34,108 nt of DNA, taken from sequence record SRR2962707_5121; one strand, written 5' to 3'. Position numbers and translations under genes: made by a program. Below, piece by piece: positions 27,884 to 34,108 of the stretch. Below the pieces are notes generated by a model, which made no database searches, had not been told where the DNA came from, and worked only from the letters and a program-made list of their open reading frames with translations. Position 1 is the first letter of the stretch. Each line of letters opens with the position of its first letter.

Positions 27884-27996
27884 TTTGTCGCAAATGTCAC
27901 CGGAAATGCCCCTAAACAGTGAAACAGTTCCCAACATAAAAAAGAGGGGTGTTCACGATATTTGTCTTCGTGCGCGCAAGTGACATTTGCGACAAA
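27884..27996. repeat. Perfect 17-bp inverted repeat (candidate replication origin)
   Basis: TTTGTCGCAAATGTCAC (27884-27900) and GTGACATTTGCGACAAA (27980-27996), immediately downstream of the rep gene. Confidence 0.8.
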
Positions 27997-28007
27997 ATGA
28001 GCCCTCA

Positions 28008-30827
28008 TTAGCTAAAAACTCCCTCGTCATATCCACTTTGGGAAACAAGCCCCTCTTTCCGTATCCGGCCCGCTGCCGCAATTTTGAACTGCCGCTCGGC
28101 GCGTTCCTGCTTTTCGCGCTGGCCGCGTTCCTTAAATCGCGTGTGAATAAGGGGATCGACCGCCCATTTTGTCGGCCCCGTTGCGTCACGATCCAAAACC
28201 CTGCACCAGCCAAATGCTTCCAGCTCTGCCATTGCTGACAACAAGAGACGATTGCCGGGCTGGCTGAGATGTTTCCTGGCGCGATAAATCGTGCGTCGAT
28301 CGATGGTCGCGAGGTCTGGCCGCGTCAGCAAATAGCCGGCGATGGCCTGTGCTTCCGAAGCGGTGCCTGATGGATCGAAATACTGGCTGTAAAACGCATA
28401 GGCATGGTCGAGCAAAAGGTCGGCGAGCCGTCCCGTCATTTCGACCGTATCGACGTCCACCAGTTGGGAAGGATCGAAGCCCCCGCCCTCTTCGAAGCAG
28501 CGAACGACATGCACGATCAAGATCAGCCGAAACAGAAGGCGTTCCCATTTCGATATATGACCCTGAAACTCGACGGGTGTGCCTGGTGCGTGTTTCAGTT
28601 TCTCCATTCGATCACGGATTTTCTGCGCCAACGCACCAGCTTCGGGCGTTAGCCGTATCGGCCCGCTCAACACCGGACCCGCTGTCACCAACTGCTCGAT
28701 CATGTTGACGTACCATTGAGCGGCTTCACGGTCGGGCGTTGCATCTGCGCTGCGGCGTTCTCTCCCGTCCGGCAGAATAAATATGAAGCGCTGCCCCAAG
28801 CCGTCCGCAAACAGGCCCTTCATGGTCTCTTTCAATTTATCGGGCTGGGTAGTGGCGATAACGGAGAGCGCCGCACTCGGCGCGCTGATCGTTCCCGAAC
28901 CAACTCGGGTGGACTTGAGGCCCTTGCCTTCAAAGCTGCGCAGAAGGTGCGCCCTGTCTGGACCGCCGCCCTGCTTATACGCCCCCAACCCGCCAAGCAG
29001 CGCCGCCAGCTCGTCGGTATTGCTCAACACACCGCGAGGATTGTCACGGAAAACGCGGATCTGGGCTTCCATTGTTGTGCTGTCGACGGTGAGGTGCCGC
29101 ATCGCAGGTTCTGGCCCTGGGTCCGCCGCTGTCTTCGATCCTCGTTTGTATGCCCTGTCCGCTACCGCCCATTTTGCGTGCCGCGCCTCATCTTCCCTGA
29201 GCCAACGGCTCTCGATTTGCTCCAAGGGCTTGATTGCAGGTTCGATCACATGAGATTTGGCGCTGCCCGGATTTGCGACGAGCACAGTCCAGAGATTGGG
29301 CATCTCAAGCCAGCTATCATCGTTCTGTCCGACCTGAATGCGAACCTGAGCGCCAATCGCCGCACCGATTGCGGTCAGGAATGGTGCCGCGGCAAATATT
29401 TCGGACGTGCCCTTGCGAAGCGCCTCGTCTTTGATCCGCCGTTCAAGCATTGGCGGCAATGCGCCAGCGGGAATGTCGGCCAGCCGTGCCGGATCACTAT
29501 CGCCGAACAGGTCCAGCGGGCCATTATCGCGATCAAGGAAAACGACATCGGCGCTCTGTTCCGGCTTCTGGTCGTTTGCTGTGGGTGGATTGTCATCGCC
29601 GGTCGGCCGCTGCGGACTATCCGGCGCGCTCGTCACCTCGTCAGGTTCTTCGTCCATATCTTTGATGTGTTCATCAACGAGGCGGTCGATTTTCCTTTTG
29701 GAGTTTACCCAGCAACGAGCGATCTCACGTTTGGTGATCACGTCGCTGTGCTTGTCGCCAGCCTTCACCGCCCCATCCCAAACCCAAAGCAGCGCGCCAA
29801 ACTCTTCGATGGCAAAGCCGCTGTTCCGGTGAAGCCGCCCGCCAAGATTGAAGCGGCGTGTCGAAGCCGTGCCGTCCTTTTTCAGCTTCGCCCCATCGTA
29901 CCAAAGGGCGGACAAGTCAGGGTCATCCTGCAATGCGGCTTCGAATTTCTTCCGCAATCCGGCATCAAGATCGCCGTACTCAGGCGCGGCCTGCACATAG
30001 CCCATGTTGAGAAGCGCCATGGTGGCGTTGATTTCTTCGTTGTTGTCGGTGTCGTTGCTCGATTTGATCTTTGGCTCGTAGCGCCTGGCGATTTCGGGAA
30101 GAGAATAGCGCTTGCCCGACTGGTCGAAGATGCTGGCCGGTCGGCGGACGCGGCCCTTGGCGATCTTGCCGGCGTCAGGAATATTCTCGGTGCCCGGCAA
30201 ACGCAGCAGCGTGGCGATCTCTGCGACCTTCGTGTCGCCCTGCAAGATGTCAGCGAGCCCATAGCATTGTTCTTCGACAAATTGCATGTAGGCATCAACG
30301 TCGAGTTTTTCGTCCAGCATCCAGATAAGCTGAAACCCGCCGCCGCTGTCGACTGTGACCGTAGGGGGAAGATCGCTGTCGCAGAGCGCGCGCACCTTTT
30401 CCTCAATAAGCCGTCGATCGGTCGCGTAGTCTTCGCCAGGGTCCAAATCGACGCAAACGCCCCGAAGCGAGGCAATATCGCTCTTGCTGAGTTTGCCGTA
30501 GCTGTCTTTGTTGGCGGGCGCCCCGGCCTTTGCCTCGTTCATCGAATAATAGACGTTCTGCTTCCCGGACCGCGCGGCGATCCATGCAGACATACCTTTC
30601 CAATCGCCCGGCTCGAACGTTGCGCCGCCCTTTTTGCCGGTCTGGGGATCTTTGGCCCACAGGTTATGCCTGCCAGTGGGGTCCAGCAGCTTTAGCAATG
30701 CAATCGCAGGCTCGTCAGGTTCAGTCTTGCCATCGGTTTGGTGGGCGGGGCGAACCTCGTCGGATATCGTCGCAATGTAGTCGCCGAATTGCTTTATCGG
30801 CGCGGTTTTGCTATAAAGTTCTGGCAT
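28008..30827 (-). CDS. Replication protein: N-terminal RepB/AEP-like primase domain plus C-terminal DUF3987 (helicase-like) domain
   Basis: N-terminal VCVDLD, TVDSGGGFQLIW and LLRLPGTEN. C-terminal PNLWTVLVANPGSAKS, DSTTMEA, DELAALL and GLGQRFIF. Confidence 0.82.
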   Translation of the reverse strand: MPELYSKTAPIKQFGDYIATISDEVRPAHQTDGKTEPDEPAIALLKLLDPTGRHNLWAKDPQTGKKGGATFEPGDWKGMSAWIAARSGKQNVYYSMNEAKAGAPANKDSYGKLSKSDIASLRGVCVDLDPGEDYATDRRLIEEKVRALCDSDLPPTVTVDSGGGFQLIWMLDEKLDVDAYMQFVEEQCYGLADILQGDTKVAEIATLLRLPGTENIPDAGKIAKGRVRRPASIFDQSGKRYSLPEIARRYEPKIKSSNDTDNNEEINATMALLNMGYVQAAPEYGDLDAGLRKKFEAALQDDPDLSALWYDGAKLKKDGTASTRRFNLGGRLHRNSGFAIEEFGALLWVWDGAVKAGDKHSDVITKREIARCWVNSKRKIDRLVDEHIKDMDEEPDEVTSAPDSPQRPTGDDNPPTANDQKPEQSADVVFLDRDNGPLDLFGDSDPARLADIPAGALPPMLERRIKDEALRKGTSEIFAAAPFLTAIGAAIGAQVRIQVGQNDDSWLEMPNLWTVLVANPGSAKSHVIEPAIKPLEQIESRWLREDEARHAKWAVADRAYKRGSKTAADPGPEPAMRHLTVDSTTMEAQIRVFRDNPRGVLSNTDELAALLGGLGAYKQGGGPDRAHLLRSFEGKGLKSTRVGSGTISAPSAALSVIATTQPDKLKETMKGLFADGLGQRFIFILPDGRERRSADATPDREAAQWYVNMIEQLVTAGPVLSGPIRLTPEAGALAQKIRDRMEKLKHAPGTPVEFQGHISKWERLLFRLILIVHVVRCFEEGGGFDPSQLVDVDTVEMTGRLADLLLDHAYAFYSQYFDPSGTASEAQAIAGYLLTRPDLATIDRRTIYRARKHLSQPGNRLLLSAMAELEAFGWCRVLDRDATGPTKWAVDPLIHTRFKERGQREKQERAERQFKIAAAGRIRKEGLVSQSGYDEGVFS

Positions 30828-30875
30828 CAAATTTCACTTTCTGGCCAGTTCCCGTTCCCGCGGGCGCTGGCCTTT

Positions 30876-31121
30876 CTATTTCGTGTTGTCGATGACGAGG
30901 CGCAGATGCGAACCGGTTCTGACGGCCAGTTTTTCGCGCGCCTGCTTGTTGAGAAGACGCTTCAAGCTATCGAGCGAGACGGCATGACGTCCGTCCAGCT
31001 CCATAGGAATAAGCGGCCCGAAATTGCGATTTGATCGTATCCATGACGTGGACCGGCCGGCGATTTTCGCTGCCTCGGCAATGGTCACGGCGCGATCTTC
31101 TGTGGGCTCTACGTGCAGCAT
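30876..31121 (-). CDS. Small HTH DNA-binding protein (excisionase/AlpA-like)
   Basis: VTIAEAAKIAGRSTSWIR...VSLDSLKRLL; GGAGG RBS. Confidence 0.7.
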   Translation of the reverse strand: MLHVEPTEDRAVTIAEAAKIAGRSTSWIRSNRNFGPLIPMELDGRHAVSLDSLKRLLNKQAREKLAVRTGSHLRLVIDNTK

Positions 31122-31143
31122 GTTCTAACCTCCGGTGGGTCGG

Positions 31144-32085
31144 TTATTGTGCTGCTCGACGTGTTGAGTTCCCACTGGGGTCGGGCGGGCTGCTTTGCGC
31201 AATAGCGCGCCGTTTCTGCTCGGCCTTGAGCGCAGCCAATTCATGCTCAATCATGGGGAGTACGAAGGTCGCATTGTTTGGGGCGACCCGGCGCTTTTCG
31301 ACCAAATCGGCGCAGAGTTTGTGGATCTCGCCTGTGTCAATCAAGCGAAGCAAATCGGCTTGTGCTTTGTCGCCGCCACTGTGCTGGCTGCCGCCCAGGT
31401 ATTCCCAAAGGGCGAAATTCAGGTGAGCGTTCCACGCGAAATGTTTGGCCCACACCTGCCACAGTTCGTGCCGTCGACCGACATTGGCGCGAACGGTTTT
31501 CATGAAACTGTAAAAGGCGTCACGCACGTTCCAAGGCGTGACGCTCTGCAATGAAGCGGGAACACCTTGGTCGAGAAAGGAGGCCGTAGCTGTGGTCTTG
31601 CCCTGCCCGAAAGCCATATGAACACCGGCGATCGTGCCGTGAACGGTCTCGGCCGCAAACTTATAGTTGGTAGCGGTCGGCTTTGGGACTGGTTGAAGCT
31701 CCAGCCCGGTCGATCTGCGAAACGCCCGCATTTTGGTCAGCGCCGTATCGTCCAAGAACGGATCGAACCGCTCTGATTTTAGCAGGTTGTCCGAGACGCC
31801 AGTTTCTTCCAAGGCATATGTCGTCGCGAGCCGGAAGACCTGTTTGGTTTCATCAAACCCCCGGATGATCTGCTCGATCTCCGGCATGGGCAAGTGTCCG
31901 ACCAATTCCGGGAAATTTGGTTCGAACATCAGATCGATGGGGTAGCTCTTGTCGAAACCCCAACTGTGCTCGTTGCGCACCAGACAAAAGCGAAGGTAAT
32001 TCGTGCTTTCCGTTGTGCGTACTGTGGCGCGGTGCGGCGGCTTTACAGTCGCGGCCTCGTCCATTTCGTCATCCCAATCGCTCAT
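31144..32085 (-). CDS. Hypothetical protein (313 aa)
   Basis: GGGAGG RBS, starts 2 bp after the upstream HTH stop; no recognisable motif. Confidence 0.7.
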   Translation of the reverse strand: MSDWDDEMDEAATVKPPHRATVRTTESTNYLRFCLVRNEHSWGFDKSYPIDLMFEPNFPELVGHLPMPEIEQIIRGFDETKQVFRLATTYALEETGVSDNLLKSERFDPFLDDTALTKMRAFRRSTGLELQPVPKPTATNYKFAAETVHGTIAGVHMAFGQGKTTATASFLDQGVPASLQSVTPWNVRDAFYSFMKTVRANVGRRHELWQVWAKHFAWNAHLNFALWEYLGGSQHSGGDKAQADLLRLIDTGEIHKLCADLVEKRRVAPNNATFVLPMIEHELAALKAEQKRRAIAQSSPPDPSGNSTRRAAQ

Positions 32086-32087
32086 GA

Positions 32088-32387
32088 TCAGCCCTCCCAC
32101 GACGCGCGAGCGCGTTCAGTGCGAGCACGGCGAGCGTGCTGCCCTCGATCGGAAGGCGTCCAATCCTCGGCACTGTCGAGCAGCGCGATGAGGCTTTTCG
32201 TGGTGACGAGGGTGCGACCGGCCAGGCGCTTGAACTCGAGGCGCCCGGCGCCATTCAAGTTGTAAAGCGAAGTGGTCGAAATGCCCGCAATTTCACTTGC
32301 GCGGGAAACTGGGAGGTATGCGGAATTGCGCCAATCGATAGACTGGCCAGCGTAAAGATTTGCGGGAGTGGTGGCGCTCTGTGTCAT
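32088..32387 (-). CDS. HTH excisionase/AlpA-like protein
   Basis: LPVSRASEIAGISTTSLYNLNGAGRLEFKRLAGRTLV; AGGAG RBS. Confidence 0.8.
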   Translation of the reverse strand: MTQSATTPANLYAGQSIDWRNSAYLPVSRASEIAGISTTSLYNLNGAGRLEFKRLAGRTLVTTKSLIALLDSAEDWTPSDRGQHARRARTERARASWEG

Positions 32388-32645
32388 CGTTTTCTCCTGA
32401 ACGAGCGAGCACGGCCAGCTACGGGCCTTGCTAAGTTTTCGTGGAGCGCTAAGCGAGAAAAACGATGGTAACGATGATAACTAAACCGCGGTCTCCAATC
32501 GATATGCTGACAAATGCCAGCACCGGAGACCCAGCCTCATGTTAGACGCCGACTTTGAATGTCAGCGCAACCTGCGACCGTGGCGCGCAGATTCTGTATA
32601 ACAGAGGGATTCCATCTATGGCAATCAAAAATAACCAATATCGAG

Positions 32646-33953
32646 TTAAAAAGTGAACGAGGCCCGACGCGCAAGGTCTTCCGTCATGTCTACGATGAAC
32701 GCCGAATAGTGTTTCTCGATCATCTCCGACGACGTGTCGTGCAAGCTGGCGACGAGGCGGATCGGCAAACCCGCCTTGAGCCCGCGCACGATCGAGGAAT
32801 GCCGTAGGGCGTACATGATCGTATCAGTCGGCACCTCGGCACGCTCGACGGTCGCGGCCCAAGGCTTTTCGATTTCATACGCTGGGCCCCAAGGGCGTCG
32901 GCAATCCTTTTCCCATTTGAACGGGCCGATATTGCGATATGCCCACCGCATCAGAAGGGGCTCATCGGCTGCGCGACCTTCCACCGCCGGCAACAGCTTT
33001 TCGATCACCGCATCGGATAGCGGTACAGCAACGGGCGGACGCGCGGTTGCGGAGCGGCCCTTACTGGCCCCTGGCACCATGATGCGCTTGTTCTGGATCT
33101 GGACCCCACCGACGCGAATGCGTGTGAGCTGAGAGTAGCGGGCGCCGGTGCTGGCAGCGAGCAACGTCAGCCGCCCGAAGTCGCCATCAGCATCCACCGC
33201 GAAGGCCGCATCAACCACCGCCTTGATTTGCTCGTCGGTCAGCAACTGCTTGCGGGCTTCGGTCGCAACGCGCCCTGCCCTCGTGCCAACCTTGATTTCG
33301 GCGGGAAGGGCTGCGGGCAGTTGCCGCCGGTGTTTCTCGGCGTTGGCATTGAGCGCGGCCCGTAGATCGTTCAGCAAACGATTGACCGACGACGGCGCCA
33401 GGCGCTTCCGGTCGTCATCAGGCGAGGGCTCGGCAGTGAGCCGTTCGCGCCATTGCTGGATGGTGGCGGCGCGTAACTTTGAAAGGGGCGTCTTTGCGAA
33501 AGCTTCGTCGCTCAAAACATAGTTCTCGAGCCGCCCCTTCGTGATCGTGCCGTCACGCTTCGATCGCGCGAGCCGTTCCTTGACGTATTCGTTGATAGCG
33601 GTTGTGACAGTTGGACCGGTTCGCGGCGCTGATGCCTCCCGGCCCTCGATCGCTGCGTGCTGTTGGTGTCCCCATTCAAGCGCCGCAGCCACCGCCTTGC
33701 GATAGGTCAGCGCGCCATGAGGTGCGCCGTCATCATCGGCAGCGCCCAGACGTTCCTCGACGCGGTTGCCTTCCAGCACAACCTTGGCCACCCAACTGCC
33801 GTGCGCTCGCGCGGGCTTGCGGTAGCCAAGAGACACGCCACCGCGGCCCCCGCTTACGCCAAACCAATACGGGTTCTTGCGCGGCTCCAGGCGAGCCCGC
33901 TTGGAAGGGGTGTCGATCTCGGTTTTTAGCGTCTGTCCCACACAGCGTCCCAC
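32646..33953 (-). CDS. int: Tyrosine recombinase / integrase
   Basis: N-terminal arm-binding region (SLGYRK...GSWV), TGARYSQ, YALRHS, LHDTS and IEKHY catalytic region; adjacent to the tRNA fragment. Exact start is uncertain. Confidence 0.92.
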   Translation of the reverse strand: MGRCVGQTLKTEIDTPSKRARLEPRKNPYWFGVSGGRGGVSLGYRKPARAHGSWVAKVVLEGNRVEERLGAADDDGAPHGALTYRKAVAAALEWGHQQHAAIEGREASAPRTGPTVTTAINEYVKERLARSKRDGTITKGRLENYVLSDEAFAKTPLSKLRAATIQQWRERLTAEPSPDDDRKRLAPSSVNRLLNDLRAALNANAEKHRRQLPAALPAEIKVGTRAGRVATEARKQLLTDEQIKAVVDAAFAVDADGDFGRLTLLAASTGARYSQLTRIRVGGVQIQNKRIMVPGASKGRSATARPPVAVPLSDAVIEKLLPAVEGRAADEPLLMRWAYRNIGPFKWEKDCRRPWGPAYEIEKPWAATVERAEVPTDTIMYALRHSSIVRGLKAGLPIRLVASLHDTSSEMIEKHYSAFIVDMTEDLARRASFTF

Positions 33954-33957
33954 ACAG
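33935..33957. repeat. Tandem 11-bp direct repeat (putative integrase arm-type sites)
   Basis: GTCCCACACAG at 33935-33945 and 33947-33957. Confidence 0.65.
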
Positions 33958-33998
33958 ATGGTAGTTGCGGGAGTTTTACAGATTAGAGTGCGTCATCG

Positions 33999-34011
33999 CA
34001 AGCTATTGATT
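33999..34011 (-). promoter_or_regulatory. IHF consensus site
   Basis: Minus strand AATCAATAGCTTG fits WATCAANNNNTTR and lies between the arm repeats and the att core. Confidence 0.6.
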
Positions 34012-34057
34012 TTCAGGCCATAATGCATAGAATGCTCGCAAGACGTGTGTCGCCTAT

Positions 34058-34107
34058 CTGCCCTCCGAAGGCAGAGGTCACACGTTCGAATCGTGTCGGG
34101 TGCGCCA
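34058..34107 (+). repeat. att site: 3' half of tRNA-Arg(CCG)
   Basis: CTGCC-CTCCGAA-GGCAG anticodon arm, T-arm ACACG-TTCGAAT-CGTGT, and acceptor strand ending CGGGTGCGCCA. No D-arm or 5' acceptor strand upstream. Confidence 0.88.
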
Positions 34108-34108
34108 A

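Larger units (their letters stand above)
16200..34107 (-). mobile_element. tRNA-Arg-integrated phage-satellite-like element (left boundary not visible)
   Basis: Gene order int, HTH, HTH, primase/DUF3987, ori, HGGxSTG/TerS-like, with no capsid, portal, TerL, tail or lysis genes recognised. Confidence 0.72.

Noticed and set aside
28716-30695. 659-aa plus-strand ORF
   Set aside because: Antisense shadow of the primase/DUF3987 gene.
34030-34107. Intact tRNA-Arg gene
   Set aside because: Only the anticodon arm through CCA is present. The upstream sequence has no D-arm or 5' acceptor strand, so it is treated as an att duplication.
16200-34107. Complete inducible prophage
   Set aside because: No recognisable capsid, portal, large terminase, tail, lysis or CI repressor genes. 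A heavily deleted prophage cannot be fully excluded.
1-34108. CRISPR array, retron/RT, or known restriction/defence genes
   Set aside because: No regularly spaced repeats and no RT, Cas, methylase or nuclease motifs were recognised by eye.

Overview
This 34.1 kb window looks like an alphaproteobacterial accessory region, based on its GC-rich sequence, a GTTC-N7-GTTC LexA box and an alpha-type tRNA-Arg(CCG) fragment. It has two parts. LEFT (~1-16.2 kb): an aerobic phthalate catabolic cluster. ophA2 is divergent from ophA1-ophB-ophC plus an Imm26-like hypothetical gene. The cluster also has a TAXI-TRAP uptake system, two EamA/DMT transporters and a MarR regulator. It is surrounded by decayed IS91-like, IS4 (IS50-type), Mu/Tn552-like and IS5 elements. 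RIGHT (~16.2-34.1 kb): an integrative element ending in the 3' half of tRNA-Arg(CCG), which is probably an att site. From the right it carries a tyrosine integrase, two small HTH genes, a primase/DUF3987 replication protein followed by a 17-bp inverted-repeat ori candidate, an HGGxSTG gene with a TerS-like partner, and a serine resolvase with res site. These are followed by two large, translationally coupled proteins resembling podovirus DNA-ejection (internal virion) proteins, and a LexA-controlled SRAP operon. No capsid, portal, large terminase, tail or lysis gene is recognisable. The main hypothesis is a phage-satellite-like island that encodes its own ejection proteins, possibly linked to phthalate-degradation cargo. 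All family calls come from motif recognition by eye; no searches were run.
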